Source of the DNA: an uncultured Pelagibacteraceae bacterium
GTDB taxonomy: Bacteria; Pseudomonadota; Alphaproteobacteria; Pelagibacterales; Pelagibacteraceae
Reading direction: 5' to 3'
Length of the DNA stretch: 64,000 bases
NCBI GenBank assembly: GCA_902566975.1
Contig: CACFLA010000005.1
Coordinates: 8,375-72,374 of the forward strand
Within the stretch, counting starts at the first letter, position 1. Each line of letters starts with the position of its first letter. The notes below the pieces were generated by a model. It was not told where the DNA came from and made no database searches. It saw only the letters and a list, made by a program, of their open reading frames with translations. Positions 1 to 9,533 of this stretch are shown one piece after another. The position numbers and the translations under genes were made by a program.

Positions 1-1
1 T

Positions 2-673
2 GGTATAGACCTTTCTTTCACTAATGCTAGCCTATTTATGCTTATAAGTGGGATTTTTATATCTCTTTTTTTATTATTGGGGACGAAAGATAGAAAAATT
101 ATTCCAGGAAAATTCCAGCTGATATCAGAAATGTTATACAATTTTATTTCCAAAATGATTAGTGATACTGCTGGAAAGAAAGCTAAGCCTTATTTTTCAT
201 TTATATTTAGTCTTTTTATTTTTGTCTTGTTTTGTAACATGGTGGGGATGCTACCCTACTCTTTTACAGTAACTAGCCACATTATTGTTACACTAGCTTT
301 TGCAATGTTTATTTTCATTGGAGTTACTATTTTGGGTTTTGTAATACATGGTTTTAAGTATCTTAAAATTTTCGTACCAAGTGGTGTTCCTATGGTTCTG
401 TTGCCAATAATAATGATAATTGAAATTATATCTTATTTAAGTAGACCAGTAAGTCTATCTGTAAGATTATTTGCAAATATGATGGCTGGTCATACAATGT
501 TAAAAGTTTTTGGGGGATTTGTAATTAGTCTTGGTTTGGTTGCTGGATGGCTTCCACTTACTTTTTCTGTTGCTTTAACCGGTTTAGAAATTTTAGTAGC
601 GTTTTTACAAGCTTACGTATTTGCGATTTTAACATGCATTTATTTAAATGACGCGTTAAATTTACATCACTAA
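2..673 (+). CDS. atpB: F0F1 ATP synthase subunit a (5' end probably cut by window edge)
   Basis: Multi-TM protein with the F0-a signature SLSVRLFANMMAGH. The frame is open from nt 2 (GIDLSFTNASLF precedes the listed Met at 38). Followed by c, b' and b subunit genes. Confidence 0.9.
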   Translation, partial: GIDLSFTNASLFMLISGIFISLFLLLGTKDRKIIPGKFQLISEMLYNFISKMISDTAGKKAKPYFSFIFSLFIFVLFCNMVGMLPYSFTVTSHIIVTLAFAMFIFIGVTILGFVIHGFKYLKIFVPSGVPMVLLPIIMIIEIISYLSRPVSLSVRLFANMMAGHTMLKVFGGFVISLGLVAGWLPLTFSVALTGLEILVAFLQAYVFAILTCIYLNDALNLHH

Positions 674-695
674 CAATAAAAAAAAGGAGGAAACC

Positions 696-923
696 ATGGA
701 ACTAGAAGCAGCAAAAATGATCGGCGCAGGATTAGCTGCAATTGCTTTAGCTGGTGCTGGTGTTGGTATTGGATTGATATTCGGAAATTATCTATCTGGT
801 GCTATGAGAAACCCATCAGCCGCTCAAAAACAATTTCCTAATTTACTTTTAGGATTTGCTTTAGCAGAAGCGACTGGACTTTTCGGGCTGGTTGTTGCTT
901 TAATAATACTTTTTGCCTTTTAG
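696..923 (+). CDS. atpE: F0F1 ATP synthase subunit c (proteolipid)
   Basis: 75-aa two-helix protein with a Gly-rich helix 1 (GAGLAAIALAGAGVGIG) and a carboxylate helix (ALAEATGLF). Strong SD AAGGAGG at 684-690. Confidence 0.95.
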   Translation: MELEAAKMIGAGLAAIALAGAGVGIGLIFGNYLSGAMRNPSAAQKQFPNLLLGFALAEATGLFGLVVALIILFAF

Positions 924-938
924 CGAAAAGACAAAAGC

Positions 939-1505
939 ATGATTAAAATTATAAGTTTAACAACTTTATCGTTGTTTATTCTAAAAAATGTATATGCAGC
1001 TGAGGCTGGCATGCCTCAGCTTGACCCAACATATTGGGCTTCTCAAGTATTTTGGTTAACTTTAATTTTTTCCGCAATTTACATTTTAATAGCCAAGATT
1101 TTTGTACCTAAAATAAAAGAAAATATTGACGCTAGAGAGAATCAAATAAGAAAAGATATCGACGAGGCAAATTCTCTTAAGGAAGAAGCAGATAAAAAAT
1201 TAAAGGAGTATAATAAAATTATCGATGAAGCTAAGCTAGAAGCAAAAAAGCTAATATCTGAAGGAAGAAAAAAAATTAATGAAGATATTCAATCAAAAAA
1301 AGAGCAAATTGAAAAGGATATTCAAAAAGAAACTTTAAGTGCTACAAAAGAAATAGAAAAATTTAAAATTAATTCTTTGAAAAAGATAAATATTATTTCA
1401 GAAGAAATTGTGTCAGATATTATAAAAGATATTTTTAAAGAAGATTTGAACAAAAGCAGTATTAAAGCTACCGTTTCAGAGGTTATGAAGGAGAGAAGAA
1501 ATTAA
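939..1505 (+). CDS. atpF2: F0F1 ATP synthase subunit b' (second b-type subunit)
   Basis: b-type architecture: a TM segment then a long K/E-rich helix. MPQLD...QVFWL motif typical of alphaproteobacterial b'. First of two tandem b paralogues after atpE. Confidence 0.8.
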   Translation: MIKIISLTTLSLFILKNVYAAEAGMPQLDPTYWASQVFWLTLIFSAIYILIAKIFVPKIKENIDARENQIRKDIDEANSLKEEADKKLKEYNKIIDEAKLEAKKLISEGRKKINEDIQSKKEQIEKDIQKETLSATKEIEKFKINSLKKINIISEEIVSDIIKDIFKEDLNKSSIKATVSEVMKERRN

Positions 1506-1507
1506 AT

Positions 1508-2005
1508 ATGAACTTTGATGCTACATTTTGGGTTGCCATTTCTTTTTTTATATTTTTGGGAATTTTATTTTATTTTAAGGTTCCTCAAAAAGTATTTGGG
1601 GCATTAAATGAAAGTATTAATAAGATTAAGAAAGATATTGATGAGGCAGAAAAGTTAAAAGAGGAAGCTAAAAATATTCTTAGTGAATACGAAGCTAAAT
1701 TAAGTAAGTCTAAAGTTGAAATTGACCTTATGATTAAAAATGCACAAAAGGAATCTGAAACGAATATAATTAAAATTAATGATCAATTCCATAGCATTTT
1801 TGAAAATAGAAAAAAAATGGCCGAAGATAAAATTAAACAGATGAAACTTCAGGCCACGAAAGATATTAAAAATTATTCTGTTGAAGTAGCAATAATTGCA
1901 CTCGAAAAAATCATTAAAAATTCTGTAGATAAGAAAAAGCTTGATAAAATTTATATTTCAAGCGTTGATGAGGCAAAAAAAATTTTAAAAAACAAATCAA
2001 TCTAG
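1508..2005 (+). CDS. atpF: F0F1 ATP synthase subunit b
   Basis: N-terminal TM helix (FWVAISFFIFLGILFYF) plus a long charged helix. 2-nt gap after b'. Confidence 0.8.
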   Translation: MNFDATFWVAISFFIFLGILFYFKVPQKVFGALNESINKIKKDIDEAEKLKEEAKNILSEYEAKLSKSKVEIDLMIKNAQKESETNIIKINDQFHSIFENRKKMAEDKIKQMKLQATKDIKNYSVEVAIIALEKIIKNSVDKKKLDKIYISSVDEAKKILKNKSI

Positions 2006-2021
2006 CGTAAGATCCTAATCT

Positions 2022-3488
2022 ATGACAAAAAAAGTAATTGTTGTCGGGTCAGGATTTGGTGGTTTGGCCTCAGCTTTAAGATTAAGAGCAAAAGGTTACG
2101 AGGTAACTTTAGTCGAAAAACATCCTGATTTAGGTGGAAGAGCTAGAGTTTTTAGAAAGGGCAATTTTATTTATGATGGTGGTCCAACTGTTATAACCGC
2201 TCCTTATTTAATAGAGGAGTTATTTTCATTATATAATAAAAAAATATCTGACTACGTTAAAATAGTGCCTTTAGATTTATGGTACCGTTTTATTTTTAGT
2301 GATGGTGATACTTTTGATTATTCAGGTAATGAAAAATCAATGGAGAAAGAAATTAAAAAATTTTCAGAAAAAGACTATGAAGGATATAATAAACTAGTTA
2401 AGTTTACGGAGAAAATTTTCGATAAAGGTTTTACTGACTTATCTGATAAACCTTTTAATAATTTATCTTTCATGCTTAAACAAATTCCCTCTTTGCTAAA
2501 TTTAAAAAGTTATCAGTCTGTTTATGGATTAGTTTCAAATTATGTATCAAATGAAAAATTAAGAAGAGTTTTTAGTATGCACCCTCTTCTGGTGGGTGGA
2601 AATCCTTTTACTACTACATCAATATATACGCTTATACTCTTTTTGGAAAAAAAGTGGGGCATCCATTATTCAATGGGTGGTACAGGAAGTGTGGTAAAAG
2701 CTCTTGAAAAATTAATGAAAGAAGAAGGTATAAAAATTATAAAAGATGCAGAGGTAACTGAAATAATTTCTGATAATAAAGATGTCAAGGCCGTAAAAAT
2801 AAATAAATCTAATGTTATTAATTGTGATTATGTTGTGTGTAATTCAGATCCACCAAATGTATACAAAAATTTAATTAAATCTAAAAAAAATTATAATTTT
2901 TTATTTAAACAGAAAATTAAAAGAATGGACTATTCTATGGGACTTTTTGTTTATTATTTTGGATCAAAAAAACAATATAATGATGTAGCACATCATACTA
3001 TTTATTTTGGAAAATCTTATGAAAAACACTTAGAGAAAATTTTTGAAAAGAAAGTTTTATCCGAAGATATAAGCTATTATTTGCATCGACCATCTGCAAC
3101 TGACCCGAATATGGCACCAAATAATCAGGATGCTTTTTATGTATTAGTTCCAGTTCCAAACAATTTATCAAATATTAATTGGTTAAATGAGGGTGAAAAA
3201 TTTAAGAATTTAGTTTTAGATAAAATGGATAAAACAGTTTTACCTGGTATAAAAGAAAATGTATTGAGTGATTTTTATCTTACACCAGATTACTTCGAGA
3301 AAGATTTAGCAACTCTGCATGGTTCTGGTTTTTCCATACAGCCAAAGTTTTCTCAATCAGCTTATTTCAGATTTCACAATCAATCAGAGGTTTTTGATAA
3401 TTTATATTTTGTTGGAGCAGGAACACATCCGGGTGCTGGAATGCCAGGAGTCATCTCTTCGGCTAAGGTTTTGGATAAAATTTTATAA
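2022..3488 (+). CDS. crtI: Phytoene desaturase (CrtI type)
   Basis: N-terminal FAD fold VIVVGSGFGGLASALRL and C-terminal FVGAGTHPGAGMPGV. Followed by crtB, crtY and blh. Confidence 0.9.
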   Translation: MTKKVIVVGSGFGGLASALRLRAKGYEVTLVEKHPDLGGRARVFRKGNFIYDGGPTVITAPYLIEELFSLYNKKISDYVKIVPLDLWYRFIFSDGDTFDYSGNEKSMEKEIKKFSEKDYEGYNKLVKFTEKIFDKGFTDLSDKPFNNLSFMLKQIPSLLNLKSYQSVYGLVSNYVSNEKLRRVFSMHPLLVGGNPFTTTSIYTLILFLEKKWGIHYSMGGTGSVVKALEKLMKEEGIKIIKDAEVTEIISDNKDVKAVKINKSNVINCDYVVCNSDPPNVYKNLIKSKKNYNFLFKQKIKRMDYSMGLFVYYFGSKKQYNDVAHHTIYFGKSYEKHLEKIFEKKVLSEDISYYLHRPSATDPNMAPNNQDAFYVLVPVPNNLSNINWLNEGEKFKNLVLDKMDKTVLPGIKENVLSDFYLTPDYFEKDLATLHGSGFSIQPKFSQSAYFRFHNQSEVFDNLYFVGAGTHPGAGMPGVISSAKVLDKIL

Positions 3489-4351
3489 TGACTACAAAAA
3501 ATTATTTATCTATTTATGCAAAATCATTTAATTGGTCTGGTTTCTTTTTGCCAAAAAAAATCCATTATAAGTGTTCTGTTTTATATGATTTTTGTAGAAC
3601 AATAGATAATATTGCTGATCAAAACAAAGACTTAGAAATTAAAAAAAAAGAACTTGAAGAATTTAGAAAAAAGTTTGAGCAAAAAAATAAAAATGACAGT
3701 GTAATAAAAAATATGTGGAATTTAATGAGTGAAAGAAATATTTCAAAAAAAATAGTGGATGATTTATTTGATGGGGTGAATTCTGATCTAAAAAAAGAAG
3801 TAAGGATAGAAACAGAAAAGGAATTGTTAATTTATTCTTATAGAGTAGCTGGAACAGTTGGTTTAATGATGGCAAAAATATTTGGTGTAAAAAAAAAGGA
3901 GTCATTACAAAGAGCTATTGACTTAGGAATAGCAATGCAATTAACAAATATTGCGAGGGATGTTGTTGAAGATGAAAAAAAAAATAGAGTATATTTGATA
4001 AAAAGTTCCAACGATGTTTTTAAAAGTATTCAAAATATAATTTTAAAAGCCGACACTTTTTATGATAGCTCTTTTGAAGGTATTAGAGATATACCTCTGA
4101 ATAGTCGTTTTTCAATAATAGTTGCTAGAAGAGTTTATAGACAAATAGGTAAAAAAATTTTAAATCAAAAAGATATTAACCATTACCGACAAGCTGGAAA
4201 AATCTATGTTTCTAACTTTGGAAAAATAATTCAAACACTTTTTTCATTAAAAGATTTAATAATACTTTTCTTTATTAAGAAAAAAAAATACGAAAAAGAG
4301 TTGGAATATAATTTAATTAATGAAGATATAGGTTTAAATGAAAGAATATGA
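3488..4351 (+). CDS. crtB: Phytoene synthase
   Basis: Squalene/phytoene synthase motifs (YDFCRTIDNIAD, YRVAGTVG, NIARDVVED). The ATG shares one nt with the crtI TAA. Confidence 0.85.
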   Translation: MTTKNYLSIYAKSFNWSGFFLPKKIHYKCSVLYDFCRTIDNIADQNKDLEIKKKELEEFRKKFEQKNKNDSVIKNMWNLMSERNISKKIVDDLFDGVNSDLKKEVRIETEKELLIYSYRVAGTVGLMMAKIFGVKKKESLQRAIDLGIAMQLTNIARDVVEDEKKNRVYLIKSSNDVFKSIQNIILKADTFYDSSFEGIRDIPLNSRFSIIVARRVYRQIGKKILNQKDINHYRQAGKIYVSNFGKIIQTLFSLKDLIILFFIKKKKYEKELEYNLINEDIGLNERI

Positions 4352-5402
4352 TTTTGTAATAATAGGTGGTGGTTGTGCTGGCTTATCTTTAGCTTATGAG
4401 CTTGATATTCATGATAAACTTAATGATAAAACACTTGCGATTGTTGAAACTAGAGAAGAGTATAAAAGAGATAAAACTTGGTCATTTTGGAAAGTTAATG
4501 AACACAATTTTAATGACTGTATTAAAAAAAGTTGGAAGCAGTTTTCTATAAAAACTAATTCAGAAACAAAAGTTATCAAATGTGATCAATTTCCATATGA
4601 AAGTATAGATAGTGGGCTTTTTTATGACAAAATAAATACACGATTAAAAAAAAATAAAAACATAAAATTTTTTAAAAATATTAATGACTTAAATACTAGC
4701 AAGTCGTTTATATTTAATAGCTTACCCTCTGTAAACGAAGATAATGATACTAATCTTTGGCAACTTTTTCATGGTGTAGAAATTGAAACAGTAGAAGATT
4801 GTTTTAATGAGAGTACTGTAAATTTAATGGATTTTAACTGTGAACAGAGAGATGGGGTTCATTTCTTTTATGTTTTGCCTTTCAGTAAAAATAGAGCAAT
4901 GATTGAAAGTACATGGCTATCAAAAAAAAATGATTCTTTAAAAGATTATGAATCTCAAATAAAAGTTTATTTAAATGATTTGGGTATCAAAGACTATAAA
5001 ATTAATTATAGGGAGGAAGGCGCTATCCCACTTTTTTATCCAATCAACAGAAAAGAAAACAATAAAATTAATATTGGAACTGCTGGTGGGATGACAAGAC
5101 TCAGTACAGGTTATACCTTTTTAAATATTCAAGAACATTCAAAATATATCCGTAAAAATATTGAAAATATAGAAATGACAAAAGTTTTTGAAATTGGTAA
5201 AAAATATAGATTTTTAGACGAAATTTTTCTTAGAGTTTTAAAGAAACATCCAGAAAAAATGCCAAATATATTCTCAAAAATATTCAATAGCTCGTACAGA
5301 ACAGCTATTAAGTTTTTATCGAATAAAAGTAATATTATTGAGGATATATCTATAATTTTAAAAATGCCAAAATGGATATTTATTAAATCTATTTTCAATT
5401 AA
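4338..5402 (+). CDS. crtY: Lycopene beta-cyclase (CrtY type)
   Basis: N-terminal dinucleotide fold DFVIIGGGCAGLSLA. Size and position between crtB and blh fit. 14-nt overlap with crtB. Confidence 0.8.
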   Translation: MKEYDFVIIGGGCAGLSLAYELDIHDKLNDKTLAIVETREEYKRDKTWSFWKVNEHNFNDCIKKSWKQFSIKTNSETKVIKCDQFPYESIDSGLFYDKINTRLKKNKNIKFFKNINDLNTSKSFIFNSLPSVNEDNDTNLWQLFHGVEIETVEDCFNESTVNLMDFNCEQRDGVHFFYVLPFSKNRAMIESTWLSKKNDSLKDYESQIKVYLNDLGIKDYKINYREEGAIPLFYPINRKENNKINIGTAGGMTRLSTGYTFLNIQEHSKYIRKNIENIEMTKVFEIGKKYRFLDEIFLRVLKKHPEKMPNIFSKIFNSSYRTAIKFLSNKSNIIEDISIILKMPKWIFIKSIFN

Positions 5403-5403
5403 A

Positions 5404-6345
5404 ATGATAAAAAAAATATACGGCAAACATACATTCTTCTTTACATTGCTAACTCTTGGATTTTCGATTTTTGCTTTATTAGGTAAAGATTTTTTTTCAT
5501 CTTTAAATGAGTTAGTTATTTTATTTATTTGTTTATTTCTGATTTTATCAATTGGAATTTCGCATGGAGCTTTGGATAATTATAAAGCAAACAAATTACT
5601 CAAAATCTATAAGGTAAACAATAAGGCTGTTTTTTTTTTAATTTACGTTTTTATATCCGCATTAGTAATTTTTATTTGGAGTTTATATAGTACCTTCACT
5701 TTATTAGCTTTTTTAATTGTTGCTTCTTATCATTTTGGACTTGAAGATACTTCATTTTTACACAGAGGAAATTCATTCCTTGATCAATTTTTTTACTTAA
5801 TTAAAGGATCATTGATAGTTTTTGCGCCACTTTTTTTTCATTTTGATGAAACGTTAAAGATTTTTGAAACTTTAATGGTAAGTAGAGTATTTTTGGATTT
5901 CCTTGAGTTAGAACATTGGATTATAAATTTTTGTCTTTTTTTAAGCTTTATTGGTTATTTATATTTTGCAAATAAAAATAAATTGGAAGATTTTGAGATT
6001 TTATTTTTAGATATGTTATCAATTGTAATTTTAAATTATATTTTTTCACCAATAATTGCTTTTACAGTTTACTTTTGTTTTCTTCACTCAATAAGACATA
6101 TTATATCTTTGTCTATCGAACTTGATAAAAATGACTTTTCAAATGGTGTAAAGATTTTTATTAAAAAAGCTTTACCTTTAACGGTTGTAACAGCAATTTT
6201 ATATTTAGTAGCAAGTATTTTTTTATCAAAATCCTACGGTTTAAACGATGTGATTGTTAAAGTGATATTTATTGGTTTGGCGTCACTAACTTTTCCGCAT
6301 ATATTGTTAGAATATTTGTTAGAAATTAATGAAAAACGAAATTAA
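5404..6345 (+). CDS. blh: Brp/Blh-family beta-carotene 15,15'-dioxygenase (retinal synthesis)
   Basis: Polytopic membrane protein with spaced conserved His (SHGALD, SYHFGLED, LHSIRH, FPHILLE). Directly downstream of crtIBY. Confidence 0.8.
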   Translation: MIKKIYGKHTFFFTLLTLGFSIFALLGKDFFSSLNELVILFICLFLILSIGISHGALDNYKANKLLKIYKVNNKAVFFLIYVFISALVIFIWSLYSTFTLLAFLIVASYHFGLEDTSFLHRGNSFLDQFFYLIKGSLIVFAPLFFHFDETLKIFETLMVSRVFLDFLELEHWIINFCLFLSFIGYLYFANKNKLEDFEILFLDMLSIVILNYIFSPIIAFTVYFCFLHSIRHIISLSIELDKNDFSNGVKIFIKKALPLTVVTAILYLVASIFLSKSYGLNDVIVKVIFIGLASLTFPHILLEYLLEINEKRN

Positions 6346-7264
6346 AATTTATTTAGCCGCTCCAAGAGGTTTTTGTGCTGGTGTGGATAGAGCTATAGAG
6401 ATAGTAAAAAAAGCTTTAGATAAATATGGTTCTCCAGTCTATGTAAGACACGAGATAGTTCATAATAAAAATGTAGTCGAATCCTTAAAAAAATTAGGTG
6501 CCGTTTTTGTGGAGGAGTTATCTGAAATAAAGGATGCATCTAGACCGGTTATTTTTTCAGCACATGGCGTACCAAAAGAAGTACCAGAGGAGGCAAAATC
6601 AAAAAAAATATTTTATGTTGATGCTACTTGTCCTCTTGTTTCGAAGGTACACCGAGAAACAGAACAGCTATTTAAGAAGGGTTTTGACATTGTTCTAATT
6701 GGTCATAAAAATCATCCAGAAGTTATTGGCACAATGGGACAACTACCGAAAGGTTCTATTAAGCTTGTCGAGACTATTGGGGATGTTAAAAATTTAAGTT
6801 TTTCAAAACCGGTTGCCTATGTTACTCAAACAACGCTATCGGTTGATGATACAAAAGAAATTATTGGTGTTTTGAAACAAAAATTTCCAGATATAAAAGG
6901 GCCGATAAAAGAAGATATTTGCTATGCAACAACGAATAGACAATCAGCGGTTAAAAAAATTGCTCCAAATTGTGAAATGTTTTTTGTTTTAGGAAGTAGA
7001 AATTCATCGAATTCAGCAAGGTTAGTTGAAGTAGCCAAAAAATCTGGATGTGAAAATTCGGAATTAATTTTTTATGGCAAAAAAGCTCCAATAGATAAAA
7101 TTAAAAATTGTAAGACTATTGGTCTTTCATCTGGTGCGTCAGCGCCTGAAGAATTAGTGCAAAACTTTATTTCTGAAATAAAAAAGAACATGAAGGTTTC
7201 AATTGAAGAAATTGTTACTGCAAACGAAAAAGTAGTTTTTAAATTGCCAAAAGAAGTGAATTAA
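6329..7264 (+). CDS. ispH: 4-hydroxy-3-methylbut-2-enyl diphosphate reductase
   Basis: LytB family with three cluster Cys contexts (GFCAGV, DATCPLV, DICYAT) and SSNS motif. 17-nt overlap with blh. Confidence 0.93.
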   Translation: MKNEIKIYLAAPRGFCAGVDRAIEIVKKALDKYGSPVYVRHEIVHNKNVVESLKKLGAVFVEELSEIKDASRPVIFSAHGVPKEVPEEAKSKKIFYVDATCPLVSKVHRETEQLFKKGFDIVLIGHKNHPEVIGTMGQLPKGSIKLVETIGDVKNLSFSKPVAYVTQTTLSVDDTKEIIGVLKQKFPDIKGPIKEDICYATTNRQSAVKKIAPNCEMFFVLGSRNSSNSARLVEVAKKSGCENSELIFYGKKAPIDKIKNCKTIGLSSGASAPEELVQNFISEIKKNMKVSIEEIVTANEKVVFKLPKEVN

Positions 7265-8233
7265 ATGGCTGTATACACAAAATTAGAAAAAGAGGAGATT
7301 AATAATATTTTACTAAATTATAAACTGGGTAAGCTCAAAAAATTTGAGGGAATTAAAGAAGGTATTGAAAATACAAATTACTCCATTGAAACTGAAAAGG
7401 GCAAATATATTTTAACAATTTACGAGAGAAGAGTTAAAGAAACTGATCTACCTTTTTTTTCAAATTTAATGGTTGAACTTAGTAAAAACGGATTTATTTG
7501 TCCAAAACCTATACCTAACAAAGATAATGGTTATATTTCAAATCTAAATAATAAAAAGTTTATGATTGTAAGTTTTTTAGACGGTAAATCTAAAAGTAAT
7601 CTGTCACCACTTGAGTGTAAGACAGTTGGTGGCCAAATTGCAAAGTTACATCAAATTACAAAAAATTTTACATTTACAAGAAAAAATGATTTATCTGTTA
7701 GATCTTGGAGAAATATTTTTTTCCAAGTTAAAGATACGTGTAATAAAATTCATCCTGAGCTTCCAAATTTAATTGAGGCGAACCTAATAAGTATAGAAAA
7801 AGAGTGGCCAAAAAACTTACCATCTGGAATTATCCATGCAGATTTATTTACTGATAATATTTTTTTCAAGAATAATAAGTTTTCTGGATTTATTGATTTT
7901 TATTTTTCATGTAATGACTTTTATGCTTTTGAAATAGCAATATGCTTTAATGCACTATGCTTTGATGGCATGAAACAAAATTTAAGTTTTAATGTAACAA
8001 AAGCAAAAAAATTAATGGAGGGATATAATGAAGTTCGAAAAATATCGAAAGATGAAAAAGTTGCAATCAAGGTTCTTTCCCAAGGTGCTGCTTTAAGATT
8101 TCTTCTAACAAGGGTTTTTGATTACATTAATACAGTTGATAATGCAGTTGTTAAAATAAAAGATCCTGAAGAATATCTCAAAAGGCTAGAATTTCATAAA
8201 AATGCGAAAAGTTTTGAGGATTATTTAATTTAA
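7265..8233 (+). CDS. thrB: Homoserine kinase, type II (kinase fold)
   Basis: APH/ChoK-like fold (GIENTNY..., IHADLFTDNIFF, GFIDFYF). N-terminus is typical of the alphaproteobacterial ThrB type. Confidence 0.8.
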   Translation: MAVYTKLEKEEINNILLNYKLGKLKKFEGIKEGIENTNYSIETEKGKYILTIYERRVKETDLPFFSNLMVELSKNGFICPKPIPNKDNGYISNLNNKKFMIVSFLDGKSKSNLSPLECKTVGGQIAKLHQITKNFTFTRKNDLSVRSWRNIFFQVKDTCNKIHPELPNLIEANLISIEKEWPKNLPSGIIHADLFTDNIFFKNNKFSGFIDFYFSCNDFYAFEIAICFNALCFDGMKQNLSFNVTKAKKLMEGYNEVRKISKDEKVAIKVLSQGAALRFLLTRVFDYINTVDNAVVKIKDPEEYLKRLEFHKNAKSFEDYLI

Positions 8234-8234
8234 T

Positions 8235-8663
8235 ATGAGATATAAAATATACACTGACGGTGCATGCTCTGGTAATCCTGGTCCTGGAGGATGGGCTGCA
8301 ATAATACTGGTAGATGATAAAATCCAAGACGAGATCTCGGGTAGTGAAAAAAACACAACAAATAACAAAATGGAGTTGTTAGCACCAATTAGAGCAATAC
8401 AAAAATTTAAAAAAAAATCTGAAATTTTAATTTACACAGACTCTACATACGTTAAAGATGGGATTACAACTTGGATAAAAAAATGGGAAAAAAATGGGTG
8501 GAAAACTGCTTCAAAAAAACCAGTTAAAAATATCGAATTATGGAAAAAATTAAAAAATTTATCCTCTAAACATTCTATAAAATGGATATGGGTAAAGGGT
8601 CACGCTCAAAATAAGTACAATAATCTTGTTGATGAAATTGCACAAGAAGCTATAAAAAGATAA
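8235..8663 (+). CDS. rnhA: Ribonuclease HI
   Basis: IYTDGACSGNPGPGGW, NNKMEL, TDSTYV, W.WVKGH motifs. Confidence 0.9.
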   Translation: MRYKIYTDGACSGNPGPGGWAAIILVDDKIQDEISGSEKNTTNNKMELLAPIRAIQKFKKKSEILIYTDSTYVKDGITTWIKKWEKNGWKTASKKPVKNIELWKKLKNLSSKHSIKWIWVKGHAQNKYNNLVDEIAQEAIKR

Positions 8664-9044
8664 ATGATTAAACAAATTCCAAGTGATAAAATTAAAGACT
8701 TCATAAAAGAGAACCCAAAAAGTATTTTGTTAGACGTTAGAACAAAAGAAGAGTGGGACCAAATAGGAAAGCCCGATGGTGATAAAATAGGAATTAAAAC
8801 ATATTTTTTATCTTCCCAGTTTCAAGGAAGAATTATTAATGAAAATTTTATAAAAGAATTTGAAGATTTAAAAATTGATAAAAATTCTGAAATTCTAGTA
8901 ATGTGTGGATCAGGTAATAGATCCCAAAGAGCAGCGGAAATTTTAACTGAAAAAGGTTTTAAATGCTTAAATGTTTCAGATGGTTTTAGAGGAGACGGTG
9001 GAGAGAAAATTGGTTGGAAAAATAATCAACTTCCAACTAAATAA
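8664..9044 (+). CDS. Single-domain rhodanese-like sulfurtransferase
   Basis: LLDVRTKEEW and active-site loop CGSGNRS. Confidence 0.7.
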   Translation: MIKQIPSDKIKDFIKENPKSILLDVRTKEEWDQIGKPDGDKIGIKTYFLSSQFQGRIINENFIKEFEDLKIDKNSEILVMCGSGNRSQRAAEILTEKGFKCLNVSDGFRGDGGEKIGWKNNQLPTK

Positions 9045-9533
9045 TTAAATTTTATTTAAAAAGTTTTCTGCTGCAGACAATTCACAAGTTACTGTTTCTT
9101 TTTCTTCTTCAATTTTTTTTATAATTCCATCTTCCAATAACATTGTATATCTATTTGACCTTATTCCTAAACCTTTTGCCGATTTATCTACTTCAGCCCC
9201 AATAGCTTTAGTAAATTTACAAAAAGGATCTCCTACCATTAATATTTTGTTTCCTACGTTTTGATTTTGTCCCCAAGCTTTCATTACGTTTGGGTCATTT
9301 ACCGCTAAACAAACTATTTTTGTAACCCCCCTTTTTTTTGCTAGATCATGGTTTTTTATGTAACCTGGCAAATGAATTGCTGAACAAGTTTTTGTGAAAG
9401 CTCCAGGCATCCCCAAAATTATCGTTTTCCCAGACTTAAATAAATCACCAGTTGAAATTTTTTTTACTTCATTTGAATCGTCCAAATAAAAAAAATCATT
9501 TTCAGGTAATTTATCACCAGGTTTTATTTTCAT
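9045..9533 (-). CDS. Peroxiredoxin (Prx5-like, AhpC/TSA family)
   Basis: GMPGAFTKTCSAIHLPGY peroxidatic Cys context. Confidence 0.85.
   Translation of the reverse strand: MKIKPGDKLPENDFFYLDDSNEVKKISTGDLFKSGKTIILGMPGAFTKTCSAIHLPGYIKNHDLAKKRGVTKIVCLAVNDPNVMKAWGQNQNVGNKILMVGDPFCKFTKAIGAEVDKSAKGLGIRSNRYTMLLEDGIIKKIEEEKETVTCELSAAENFLNKI

Noticed and set aside
3319-3531. Short listed ORFs that overlap gene ends in other frames (3319-3531, 3663-3905, 5129-5398, 9732-9986, 10359-10598 and others).
   Set aside because: They lie within or across strongly supported genes, have no start context, and give compositionally implausible peptides.
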